Below, one piece after another: positions 15,649 to 24,070 of a stretch of 43,995 nucleotides of DNA. Position numbers and translations under genes: made by a program. Positions within the stretch are counted from its first letter, which is position 1. Each line of letters opens with the position of its first letter. The notes under the pieces were generated by a model. That model was not told where the DNA came from. It saw nothing but the letters and a program-made list of their open reading frames with translations, and did not search any database. Source of the DNA: a virus (taxonomy: Duplodnaviria; Caudoviricetes); the IMG/VR virus record IMGVR_UViG_3300030100_000511, positions 1 through 43,995 of that record; one strand, written 5' to 3'.

Positions 15649-16578
15649 ATGAGCAACGCAGTAGCCACTATCCGGCAGGACATCTACGACACCCGAGACT
15701 CGTTCGCCGCGGTGCTGAGTGAGCCAGGCCTCAGCTTCGAGAGAGAGGCGGGTTTCGCCGTTCAGACAATCCAGGCGAACGACTACATGGTCAAGGTGGC
15801 CATGGGGAATCGTCAGTCGGTGGTGAATGCGGTGACCAATATCGCTGCCATCGGCATCAGCCTCAACCCGGCGAAAAAGCAAGCCTATCTGGTGCCGCGA
15901 GACGGAAAGATTTGTCTCGACATCAGCTACATCGGGCTGATGGACCTGGCTATGGCTACCGGTGCCATCCGGTGGGCGCAGGCCGAACTGGTGCTGGCCA
16001 ACGACAACTTCGCCTTGCAGGGCATGGATCGCCCGCCGCTTCACAGCTTCAACCCGTTCGCCAAGGATCGCGGCGACGTGGTGGGCGTCTACGTCGTCGT
16101 CAAAACGTCGGACGGCGACTACCTCACAGAGACCATGAGCGCGGACGAGGTAAACGCCATTCGTGATCGCTCGAGCGCCTGGAAGGCCTATCAGTCCAAA
16201 GGCAAGTCGTGCCCCTGGGTTACCGACTGGGGGGAGATGGCAAAGAAGACGTGCGTGAAGCGGGCCTACAAATACTGGCCCAAGACAGAGCAGCTCGAGC
16301 AAGCGATCCACCACCTCAATACCGAGGGCAACGAAGGCTTGGCGGCGGATGGCCCGCAGCGAGACGAGGGGCTCGGTCAGCGTTGGGTGGAGCAGGCTAC
16401 CAAAGCCGAGAGCACTGAGCGATTGGCTGAGGTATGGCAAGCCGGCCTGGCGGACATCAAGAAGGCCAGAGACATGGCGGCCTATAGCGAATTCAAGGCA
16501 GCGGTCGAGAAGCGCGGTGAAGCGCTCAAGCAGGCCGAGGCCAATACCATCGAAGGAGAGGCCCAATGCGAATCATAG
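15649..16578 (+). CDS. recT: RecT-family single-strand annealing protein
   Basis: GISLNPAKKQAYLVPR...ISYIGL...PWVTDWGEMAKKTCVKRAYKYWP. Confidence 0.92.
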   Translation: MSNAVATIRQDIYDTRDSFAAVLSEPGLSFEREAGFAVQTIQANDYMVKVAMGNRQSVVNAVTNIAAIGISLNPAKKQAYLVPRDGKICLDISYIGLMDLAMATGAIRWAQAELVLANDNFALQGMDRPPLHSFNPFAKDRGDVVGVYVVVKTSDGDYLTETMSADEVNAIRDRSSAWKAYQSKGKSCPWVTDWGEMAKKTCVKRAYKYWPKTEQLEQAIHHLNTEGNEGLAADGPQRDEGLGQRWVEQATKAESTERLAEVWQAGLADIKKARDMAAYSEFKAAVEKRGEALKQAEANTIEGEAQCES

Positions 16579-17210
16579 AGTGCGATCAAGGCAGCGCAGA
16601 TTGGCACCTGGCACGAGCTGGTTGCATTACCGCCAGCATGTTCGAGGCTGCGCGCGCCAGGCTCAAGAGCGGCCCAAAGAAGGGTCAGCCTACTGAGAAG
16701 GCGCGGGACTATGCGTTCCGCCTCGCCATTGAGCGCATCAGCGGGCAGCCGCTCGACGAAGGGTTTGAGACCTGGGCGATGAAGCGCGGGCACGAACTCG
16801 AGCCAATGGCACGGATGGAACACGAGATGGCCACGGGGCTGATTGTTCAGCATGCAGGGTTCGTCACCACTGATTGCGGGTTCTTCGGCGCCTCGGCCGA
16901 CGGCCTGATCGACCCCGACGGTGGCAGCGAATACAAGTGCTTTGTGGCGCCGGACAAGCTGCGCGCATTCCACATCGACAACGACATCAGCACGGTCGTG
17001 GATCAAGTACAAGGCGGCATGTGGATCACTGGGAGAAAGTGGTGGCACATCGGCCTGTATTGCCCGGCACTGGAGCCGATCGGCAAGCAGCTCTGGTTCA
17101 AGGAGTTCGAGCGTGACGACGAGTACATCGGCCAGCTCGAGGAGGACCTGGTGGCCTTCAAGTCGATGGTGGATGAATACGAACAACTGCTGCGAAGCAA
17201 GGCAGCGTAG
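16566..17210 (+). CDS. YqaJ/lambda-exonuclease family protein
   Basis: QGSADWHLARAGCITAS...RGHELEP.AR...GASADGL...EYKC...QVQGGMW. Confidence 0.92.
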   Translation: MRIIECDQGSADWHLARAGCITASMFEAARARLKSGPKKGQPTEKARDYAFRLAIERISGQPLDEGFETWAMKRGHELEPMARMEHEMATGLIVQHAGFVTTDCGFFGASADGLIDPDGGSEYKCFVAPDKLRAFHIDNDISTVVDQVQGGMWITGRKWWHIGLYCPALEPIGKQLWFKEFERDDEYIGQLEEDLVAFKSMVDEYEQLLRSKAA

Positions 17211-17219
17211 GAGGAGAGC

Positions 17220-18281
17220 ATGACCGCAGTAGCTGAGAAAGAATCAACAGAGCTGGTCACCGTGCCGTCCAAAGAGACGGCGCTTGAGGTGTTCAAGACT
17301 GATAAGGGCTTGGACCCATACCTGGCAACGATCCGCGAGGAGCTGGACGCTTTTCTCGCCGAACCGCCCACCCTGGATACCGCAAAGGGACGGCAAGCCT
17401 ACGCCTCCATGGCGCACAAGATAGCCCGCAGCAAGACTGCAATCGACAATATTGGCAAGGAGCTAGTGGCCGACCTCAAGCAATTGCCAAAGACCATCGA
17501 CGCAGAACGGAAGCGGTGGCGTGACCAGCTGGACGCATGGCGCGACGAAGCGCGTGGGCCGCTGAACGAGTGGGAGGCCGCCGAGGAGGCGCGCAAGGAG
17601 AAGCACGAAGCCGGAATCCGGCATATCAGGGATTGCGCGATGGGCCTTATCGGCGGCGAGCCCCAGCCGTATGGCCTGCTCTTCCGAGAGCTAGAAGAAA
17701 AGGTTGTGATTGACGAGTCATGGGAAGAATACGAGGCAGAGGCCCACAGAGCAAAAGCCGACGCGATGGCGACCTTGAAGGCTGCGTTCGCTGAACACCA
17801 AAAGCGAGAAGCAGAGCAGGCCGAGCTTGAACGCCTTCGCCAAGAAGCGGCAGAGCGCGAGCAGAAGGAACGCGAGGAACGCATTGCCCGAGAGGCGGAA
17901 GAACGGGCGCGCCGTGAAGCCGAGGCGGCCGCACAGGCAGAGCGTGACGCGGTCGCTCGCCGAGAAGCCGAAGCCAAGGCGGCAGCAGAGCAGCGTGAGC
18001 GCGAGCACCAGGCAGCAATCGAACGCCAACGCCGGGAAGCAGAAGCAGAGCGTCAGCGCATCGAAGACGAGCACCGCCGCCGCGAGGAGGAGCGCCTGGC
18101 CGAGGAGCGTCGCCAGCAAGATGAGTTGGCCCGACGCCAGGCCGACAAGGAGCATCGCGCCCGCATCAACCGCGCCGCCCTTCAGGCCATGATTGACGGT
18201 GGGATGCCGGAGGACTGCGCCAAGACGGCTATCACGCTCATTGCGAAAGGGCAGATACCCAGCATCACCATCAACTACTGA
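17220..18281 (+). CDS. Long coiled-coil protein associated with the recombination module
   Basis: E/R/A-rich heptads; C-terminal IAKGQIPSITINY. Confidence 0.75.
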   Translation: MTAVAEKESTELVTVPSKETALEVFKTDKGLDPYLATIREELDAFLAEPPTLDTAKGRQAYASMAHKIARSKTAIDNIGKELVADLKQLPKTIDAERKRWRDQLDAWRDEARGPLNEWEAAEEARKEKHEAGIRHIRDCAMGLIGGEPQPYGLLFRELEEKVVIDESWEEYEAEAHRAKADAMATLKAAFAEHQKREAEQAELERLRQEAAEREQKEREERIAREAEERARREAEAAAQAERDAVARREAEAKAAAEQREREHQAAIERQRREAEAERQRIEDEHRRREEERLAEERRQQDELARRQADKEHRARINRAALQAMIDGGMPEDCAKTAITLIAKGQIPSITINY

Positions 18282-18283
18282 CA

Positions 18284-18307
18284 GGCCCCACACCGGGGCC
18301 TTTTTTG
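18284..18307 (+). terminator. Rho-independent terminator
   Basis: GGCCCC-ACACC-GGGGCC followed by T6. Confidence 0.8.
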
Positions 18308-18318
18308 TGGGAGGCGGT

Positions 18319-18735
18319 ATGCCACGCAAATACCACCGCTGGCCTCGCGAGGATCTCGACATGCTCGAGCGCCTGGTGCTGGCAGGCTGGCATGACGAAG
18401 ACATCGCTGACGAGATGCAGCGGGAACTGTTGTCTGTGCGCGGCGCCATTCAGCGCATTGGCCTATCCAAAGCCCGGCCTGCCAGCTTCTGGAACCGGCG
18501 AGACGACTGGCCAGAGATCGACACCATCATCGTCGATTGTCTCGAGGCCAGTTTGATGACGGTGCCTCAAGTCGCTGAGCACTTGGCCCGCATCGGGAAA
18601 AGGGTCTCGGTTCAAAGCGTGTACCGGCGAATCGCCAGCATGCCAACAGAGGTACAGAACCGAGCCAAGCGCAATGGCAGCCGGCGTCGCGCTGCTGTCT
18701 GCTCACGGATCAAAGGTCGCCGCAGGGCGGCATGA
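18319..18735 (+). CDS. Myb/SANT-like HTH protein
   Basis: SD GGAGG; WPREDLDML...IADEMQR...SVRG...IGL. Overall layout resembles 8478..9041. Confidence 0.6.
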   Translation: MPRKYHRWPREDLDMLERLVLAGWHDEDIADEMQRELLSVRGAIQRIGLSKARPASFWNRRDDWPEIDTIIVDCLEASLMTVPQVAEHLARIGKRVSVQSVYRRIASMPTEVQNRAKRNGSRRRAAVCSRIKGRRRAA

Positions 18736-18968
18736 ATAAACGCGCCGTGCCCGGTGGCGCTGAATGACCGGGACGAGGCCAGGCCACCGTGTCTCAAAAC
18801 GGAGCCAGCCCGCTGGCCGCCGTCTCCTCAGCTCCACCCGTGCTGAGCGCGGGCGAGCTCACTGCACAGCAGTAGGCGGCAGGGCGGGCCGGCCACCCCT
18901 CCGAGATGGGGCATCAATTTCTTTGGCCCTGCAGTCGGTGGGGCGACCTTTATTCAGGGGAAGGCACC

Positions 18969-19559
18969 ATGACAAAGCGCTACTTCAAGATTACCAAACT
19001 GCTGCCCGGAAACCCGCTCCACGACGATCACGGCCATATCGAACCCGTTGAGGCAATGAAAGCCCATCTCCGAGCAAAGCGTGATTTTCAGGAAAGCGCC
19101 GCTGAGTTCGCCAAGTCGCTCGGCGGTGTAGCCGTCAATGTGACTGGGATGACCAGGCTGTCGCTGCACGGCGTCTACTTCGAGGGCGAGCCGGAGCATC
19201 CGGAGCTCTGGACGAAGCCCGATCCCAAGGCGAGATTCTCTCGCCGGCCTCGCGCCAAGGGGGCGCGCAGCGTGAAGGGCGAGGAACTCAAGCAGGCCCA
19301 CAAGGAGTTGCTGGATCGCTGGATCAATGAGGCGCCAGAGCCTTGCGAGCTCGATGGCCAATGGCTGTGCGGCGGCTACATCGCGTCAGATTTGATGTTT
19401 TCCGGTGCGAGTATGGTTGTAGACCTGCAGAACGGCGAGCTGTACGTAGCTGCCAGCCAGCCGCCGGAGCGAGGCGCAGAATTCGTCGAGATCACCGGCG
19501 GCGAGTATCAGCAGGCTGAACAGGCTGCCCGCGACCAAAGAGCCTTGGACTACCTGTAG
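18969..19559 (+). CDS. Hypothetical protein
   Basis: Long ORF with phage-like codon use; start MTKRYFKI. Confidence 0.65.
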   Translation: MTKRYFKITKLLPGNPLHDDHGHIEPVEAMKAHLRAKRDFQESAAEFAKSLGGVAVNVTGMTRLSLHGVYFEGEPEHPELWTKPDPKARFSRRPRAKGARSVKGEELKQAHKELLDRWINEAPEPCELDGQWLCGGYIASDLMFSGASMVVDLQNGELYVAASQPPERGAEFVEITGGEYQQAEQAARDQRALDYL

Positions 19560-19618
19560 CCCGTCATCGACTACCGGGACGATCCGGGTGCCGCACGTGA
19601 AGCGGCAATTTCTTTCCA

Positions 19619-19646
19619 GCCTCGGCACACGCCGGGGCATTTTTTC
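19619..19646 (+). terminator. Rho-independent terminator
   Basis: GCCTCGGC-ACAC-GCCGGGGC-A followed by T6. Confidence 0.6.
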
Positions 19647-19658
19647 GTGGAGATCAGC

Positions 19659-19769
19659 ATGACACCGGACGAATGGGTTTCCGAGATCGAGGTATGGGGC
19701 GAGGTCGGCGCCAGAGCTGTCGAGCAGGCGCTGGCCGATCAGATGTGGAGGGAGTGGGTATGCGAGTGA
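19659..19769 (+). CDS. 36-aa peptide
   Basis: SD GGAG; MTPDEWVSEIEVWG...; overlaps the next start. Confidence 0.4.
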   Translation: MTPDEWVSEIEVWGEVGARAVEQALADQMWREWVCE

Positions 19770-20116
19770 AGACGAGCGAGCTGGAAGGGGCGGCGCTGGA
19801 TTGGGCTGCGGGGAAAGCGGCTGGATATGTTGTATACACGCAGCCAGACGGGCCGCTGTATCGCCCAGACAACGGTAAATACTGGTCCCCATCCATCGAC
19901 TGGGGCCAGGGCGGGCCGCTGATTGATCGATACGTGGGCCTGACCCAATACGAGGGGGACAGAGACCCAGCAGAGCCGTTCTATGCCGAAACGAGATGCG
20001 AAAACATGGAGGCATATGCCAATGGGGAAACGCTCTTGATCGCCGCCATGCGCGCCATCGTGGCTGCCGAGCTTGGCGACGAAGTCGACGTGCCGGAGGA
20101 ACTATGCAGCGAGTAG
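19760..20116 (+). CDS. NinX/DUF2591-family protein
   Basis: VKTSELEGAALDWA...WSPSIDWGQGGPLIDRY...LIAAMRAIVA...GDEVDVPEEL. Confidence 0.85.
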   Translation: MRVKTSELEGAALDWAAGKAAGYVVYTQPDGPLYRPDNGKYWSPSIDWGQGGPLIDRYVGLTQYEGDRDPAEPFYAETRCENMEAYANGETLLIAAMRAIVAAELGDEVDVPEELCSE

Positions 20117-20349
20117 ACAGACTGCGCGGCCTGGTGTCGGTGCAGCAGGAGATCAGGGTGCGGGAAGGACTGCCGGTGCGCTTCAGCGCCCGGCATGTGG
20201 CGGCGGGCCTCGGCGCCGTGATGGGCCAGTACCGGTTGGTGAAAGCGCCGGAGGCGGCCCAAGAGGCGATCCGGCAGTGGCACGAGCACGGGCGGATTCA
20301 GCGCGACGGCACGCTCGACGGAATCCCAGCATGGAGGAAGGCGGGGTGA
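20104..20349 (+). CDS. Hypothetical protein
   Basis: SD GGAGG; overlapping starts and stops with neighbours. Confidence 0.5.
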   Translation: MQRVDRLRGLVSVQQEIRVREGLPVRFSARHVAAGLGAVMGQYRLVKAPEAAQEAIRQWHEHGRIQRDGTLDGIPAWRKAG

Positions 20350-20588
20350 TCGCGGCCATCATTCTCGGACTGCTGATCATGGCCGGCGGGGCGCTGGTCC
20401 TGAGAGAAGCGAGGCGGGCGTACAGAGAGCAGAGGAGAAGGGTATTAGCATTCGAAGCGGGAACGCCGTGCTGTGCCTGGGTGGCAGCACGGTGCCCATT
20501 GCTCATTTCAGTGTCGAGGAATATCGCATTGGCGAAGACAGCCTCACAGACAATTCGCCAGCGCCGGGGTCGATCAAGGTCAGCATGA
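20346..20588 (+). CDS. Membrane-anchored hypothetical protein
   Basis: GTGA coupled; N-terminal TM segment IAAIILGLLIMAGGALVL. Confidence 0.45.
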   Translation: MIAAIILGLLIMAGGALVLREARRAYREQRRRVLAFEAGTPCCAWVAARCPLLISVSRNIALAKTASQTIRQRRGRSRSA

Positions 20589-20740
20589 AGGGCTGGAACG
20601 AAGACCTCGCAGATCGAATTTTAGGCTGGCGGCCAGTCTGTGCTAAGCGCGCTCGGAAGCTGCGCAAGCGCGGTGAGCGTGTGGAGTGGAGGCCAGCGCT
20701 GGATAGCCTTGCCTGGATGCCTGGCGAGCGCGGGAGGTGA
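20585..20740 (+). CDS. Small hypothetical protein
   Basis: ATGA coupled; MKGWNEDL... Confidence 0.45.
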   Translation: MKGWNEDLADRILGWRPVCAKRARKLRKRGERVEWRPALDSLAWMPGERGR

Positions 20741-20949
20741 TCATGAGCAGATGCATCGAGAAGGCGCGGATGCCAGAGGGCGAACTGGACCCCGATGGCA
20801 AGAGCGAACGAGAGCGGGTGCTGGAGCGGAAGCTCTGGCGGCTGCGAGAGGACGTCAGGGCGGCACGGGAATGGGCGGGTGACAACCTGCCGGCCAATGT
20901 CGGGCTGACGATGGTCGGCAAGCTGGAGAAAGCGCTGGAGGGACGATGA
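20737..20949 (+). CDS. Hypothetical protein
   Basis: SD GGAGG; coupled. Confidence 0.5.
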   Translation: MIMSRCIEKARMPEGELDPDGKSERERVLERKLWRLREDVRAAREWAGDNLPANVGLTMVGKLEKALEGR

Positions 20950-21416
20950 ACGAATTCGAGATTGACGCAGAGGCAAAGCAACTGGCCGGCAGTCATAGCG
21001 CATACGGCCTGCTGAGGAAACTGTCGGACTCCGAGCGACAGCGCAAGCAGCTGAAAATTGAGAGGGATGCGCTGGCCGCGCACGTGGAGTGGTTGGAGGG
21101 GCTGAGGGTGAACGTAATGCAGGCGATAGGTGACGACAACCTGGATATCTTGGACTTGTCGTTTTACCGGGACGATATGCAGCCCCCCGCCCCCGCCACC
21201 AGCCTCGCCCGCCGTGATGCCGAGCTGCTGAACAGGCCGTTCGAAGGGCTACCTGGCTGTACTGATGGAGGCTGTGTCGTGAAAAAGCCCGAAGGCATGC
21301 ACACGAACGGCGGCTGTCAGTGCATCAAGCACCAGACTGCCAGCACCATCGTTCAGCGACTCGCACGCCTTCGCGACCAATTCCGCCAGCAGGCTGAGGG
21401 AGGTGGCGATGAGTGA
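20946..21416 (+). CDS. Hypothetical protein (Ead/Ea22-region type)
   Basis: Coiled coil ERDALAAHVE, PATSLARRDAE and a GCTDGGC...GMHTNGGCQC Cys motif. Confidence 0.6.
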   Translation: MNEFEIDAEAKQLAGSHSAYGLLRKLSDSERQRKQLKIERDALAAHVEWLEGLRVNVMQAIGDDNLDILDLSFYRDDMQPPAPATSLARRDAELLNRPFEGLPGCTDGGCVVKKPEGMHTNGGCQCIKHQTASTIVQRLARLRDQFRQQAEGGGDE

Positions 21417-21837
21417 CACCATGCTGCTGGGCGTTTTGCGGGCCCCTGTCGATGACCGGGGCGACGTACAGGTAATGCAACTGGTCGCCTGCGCAGGCGA
21501 GGCCGCCGATAGGATCGAACGAGATGCCGCCGAGCTGCAACGACTCCGCGAGACGGCATCCCTGACAGGCATTAACCATGTCTGCCTGGCGACGAACGAA
21601 TACGAGAACCCTGACGGGTCAGTGCGGCAGGTCGATCAGATCGAGGTCCACGTGATGGACATGTGGCTGCGCAAAGACATCACCTGCGCCAGAGACGTCT
21701 ATCTCGCCGAACGACTGGCCGCTGAGGCTGGAGTGATGCTGATGGATGATCGAGACGGCGCCAATGCGCCGCCGTCACTGACCCCAGGCGAACAACTTGA
21801 GTTCGCCGAGAGCCTGGCGGTATTCACCGAAGACTGA
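21409..21837 (+). CDS. Hypothetical protein
   Basis: SD GGAGG; EAADRIER motif. Confidence 0.55.
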   Translation: MSDTMLLGVLRAPVDDRGDVQVMQLVACAGEAADRIERDAAELQRLRETASLTGINHVCLATNEYENPDGSVRQVDQIEVHVMDMWLRKDITCARDVYLAERLAAEAGVMLMDDRDGANAPPSLTPGEQLEFAESLAVFTED

Positions 21838-21840
21838 CAC

Positions 21841-21865
21841 GCCGCCCTCGAGGCGGCTTTCTTTT
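21841..21865 (+). terminator. Rho-independent terminator
   Basis: GCCGCC-CTCGA-GGCGGC followed by TTTCTTTT. Confidence 0.7.
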
Positions 21866-21879
21866 GCGCGGAGACCGAC

Positions 21880-22224
21880 ATGGAACGGTTGCTATGGACA
21901 CCTGACGAGATCGCGGAGCAGCGCATCATCCCCTACTGCGCCGAGGAGATCCGCCGCATGGTCAGGCGCGGCGAAATCCCGGCAGTGCGGCGGCAGGGGC
22001 GTCGCATCCTGATCCATCACGAAGACCTCAAGGCCTATGCCGACAGGTTCCGCCTGGGCCATACTGATCCGGTCGCGGGGCCGCATGCGTCCAAGAAAGG
22101 AGAGAACGTATGCCGCGAAGACAAAAGGAAGGTATCTACGAAAGGAAGGACTCGCCGTACTGGTGGGCGTCCTACACCGACGGACGCGGAGAGCGAGTTA
22201 GGAAGTCTACTCGGGTTCCAGTAG
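21880..22224 (+). CDS. xis: Excisionase (HTH_17/MerR-like wHTH)
   Basis: LLWTPDEIAE...IRRMVRRGEIPAVRRQGRRILI; precedes and overlaps int. Confidence 0.75.
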   Translation: MERLLWTPDEIAEQRIIPYCAEEIRRMVRRGEIPAVRRQGRRILIHHEDLKAYADRFRLGHTDPVAGPHASKKGENVCREDKRKVSTKGRTRRTGGRPTPTDAESELGSLLGFQ

Positions 22225-23249
22225 GTGAAGACGGAAGACAGGAAGCAGAGGCGCTGCTGGCGAAGTGGAAGCTGGAGGCTCACCAGCAGCGCATGTGGGG
22301 CAAGCAGGAGGCTGAATCCGAGCCTGCCCCGACCTTCGACGAGGTCATGCTGGCTTACATCAAAGGGCACAAGACCCGTGGGTCAGACAAAAGGCGTCTT
22401 GAAGTCCTCAAGCAACTATACCCGTTTTTCAGCGGGAAGCGCATGGAGGAGATCGGCGACCTGGATGTGCGCGATTACGTCCGGGTGCGATCGCGGATTG
22501 TGTCGCCAGGCACGATAAACCGTGAGGTCGGCGTGTTCAGCGCGGCATGCAACTACTGCCGGCACGAGCTTGGGTGGAAGATCGGTAATCCAGCCCAGGG
22601 CAAGCGCCTCAAGGAGCCAGAAGGCCGGGTGAGGTGGCTCAGTCACGATGAGGCCGAGAGGCTGATCGAAGCCGCTCGGGCGACCCGTGCGCCGTGGCTG
22701 GCCGACTTCATCCAGGTCTGCCTTTATACGGGCATGCGGAAAAGCGAGGTCACTGGCCTGACCTGGGATCGCGTGGACCTGTCGAGGCGCCTGGTGCTGC
22801 TCGAGTCGGGCACGACCAAGAGCGGGAAGCGTCGGACTGTTCCGCTTCACTGGGCTGCGACGCAGGCAATACAGAGCCGGCTGGACTGGAGGAACGAGCG
22901 CTGCCCAGGCTCGCCCTGGGTGTTCTGCAACTCGAAAGGCAACCGGGTGAAGGATATGCGCCAAGGGTTTGCCTCAGCGCTTCGGAGGGCGGGCATCAAA
23001 GACTTCCGGCAGCATGATCAACGGCACACCCTGGCCAGCTGGATGGTGATGTCAGGAACGGAGTTGATGAAGGTTCGGGACATGCTCGGCCATGCGTCTG
23101 TAGAGCAGACCCAACGCTATGCACACCTTCACCCCGATGCCCTGAGAGAGGCTGTGGAAAACCTTGTTCCTGCACGAAATGGTCACGATGTCGAAATGAG
23201 GCCACACATGGATTCAGGCAGCGGCAGGAAACAGCCGAGAATTCATTGA
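22110..23249 (+). CDS. int: Tyrosine integrase
   Basis: Catalytic set R (TGMRKSE), K (TKSGK), HxxR (HDQRH), LGH and Y (RYAH); N-terminal arm-binding domain GIYERKDSPYWWASY. Confidence 0.96.
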   Translation: MPRRQKEGIYERKDSPYWWASYTDGRGERVRKSTRVPVGEDGRQEAEALLAKWKLEAHQQRMWGKQEAESEPAPTFDEVMLAYIKGHKTRGSDKRRLEVLKQLYPFFSGKRMEEIGDLDVRDYVRVRSRIVSPGTINREVGVFSAACNYCRHELGWKIGNPAQGKRLKEPEGRVRWLSHDEAERLIEAARATRAPWLADFIQVCLYTGMRKSEVTGLTWDRVDLSRRLVLLESGTTKSGKRRTVPLHWAATQAIQSRLDWRNERCPGSPWVFCNSKGNRVKDMRQGFASALRRAGIKDFRQHDQRHTLASWMVMSGTELMKVRDMLGHASVEQTQRYAHLHPDALREAVENLVPARNGHDVEMRPHMDSGSGRKQPRIH

Positions 23250-23422
23250 GTTGTGAGGCGGTGGCGAGGCCGGTCAGAAAAACGCGCCGCCTGGATCAGG
23301 CACGTTATCCAAGGCAAAGGCCCATAGTATCATACAGTTAGGTTGCGCGGCCCCGCGACCTCTCAACAAAATACGATGCTCGAGGCCAGGAATGTGACCG
23401 CTTTGCGCACGTTTTCGTCACG
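23172..23422. other. Putative attP region
   Basis: Downstream of int; arm-like direct repeats GCACG-N5-GTCACG at 23172 and 23407; IHF-like TATCATACAGTTA at 23328. Confidence 0.55.
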
Positions 23423-23536
23423 TCAGCACAACGCGCCATGGGCTACCCTATGGCAGGTCGTGTTGCCTGGATCGTCTATTGTGCTGCTCTGTTCTACGCT
23501 GAAACCTATCGCTTCGTTTACAGGGGGGGGGCAGGG

Positions 23537-23749
23537 ATGCTCACGCAGATGATCAGCTACCAGGTTGTGCAGGGCGGCCTGGAAATGCGCTGCCTGATCT
23601 GTCAAGCCGTCGAATTTCATGAGACAGGACGGCAAGGCTGGAAGCGCTTCGAGGTAGTGCCAGACGGGCCCTACGGGCGCTGCTTCATCATCAAGTGCAG
23701 GGTCTGCGGCCACAAGAATCTGCGCGCCTCTATGCAGCCTGATTGGTAG
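23537..23749 (+). CDS. Small zinc-ribbon protein
   Basis: CLIC...CRVC; start follows a G9 tract (alternative start at 23438). Confidence 0.55.
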   Translation: MLTQMISYQVVQGGLEMRCLICQAVEFHETGRQGWKRFEVVPDGPYGRCFIIKCRVCGHKNLRASMQPDW

Positions 23750-23757
23750 GTTTGGAG

Positions 23758-24051
23758 ATGGACGCCTACCAGATCACCCAGTGGCGCAAACGCCTTGAGC
23801 GCAAGGGCTGGCTCGGCCTGAGCCGGTCATCGCCGCCGATCGACAGGCTGGTCGAGTACCACGTTGTCTGGCAGGGCTGGCTGATCAGTGGGCGCTGTGT
23901 GCTTGGTAAGGAGATCAAGGACGACTGGTGGGAACCAGGCACGCCGCAGTACCTGCTTTCCCGCAAGCACGGCATCAGCGATGGCGTGTGGCGGTTGGCG
24001 AAGGATCAGGGGGCAGATGTGGGGCAGGTGAGGCGGCGGTGGGCAGGGTGA
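23758..24051 (+). CDS. W-rich hypothetical protein
   Basis: MDAYQITQWRKRLE...; convergent with the tail tip gene. Confidence 0.55.
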   Translation: MDAYQITQWRKRLERKGWLGLSRSSPPIDRLVEYHVVWQGWLISGRCVLGKEIKDDWWEPGTPQYLLSRKHGISDGVWRLAKDQGADVGQVRRRWAG

Positions 24052-24070
24052 CGCCATCCCTGGCGCTCGC

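Noticed and set aside
17220-18281. TolA-like envelope protein
   Set aside because: The resemblance is only low-complexity coiled coil, with no TM anchor.
23322-23337. LexA/SOS box near attP
   Set aside because: Only the right half (ATACAG) matches and the left CTG is missing; an IHF-like reading fits better.
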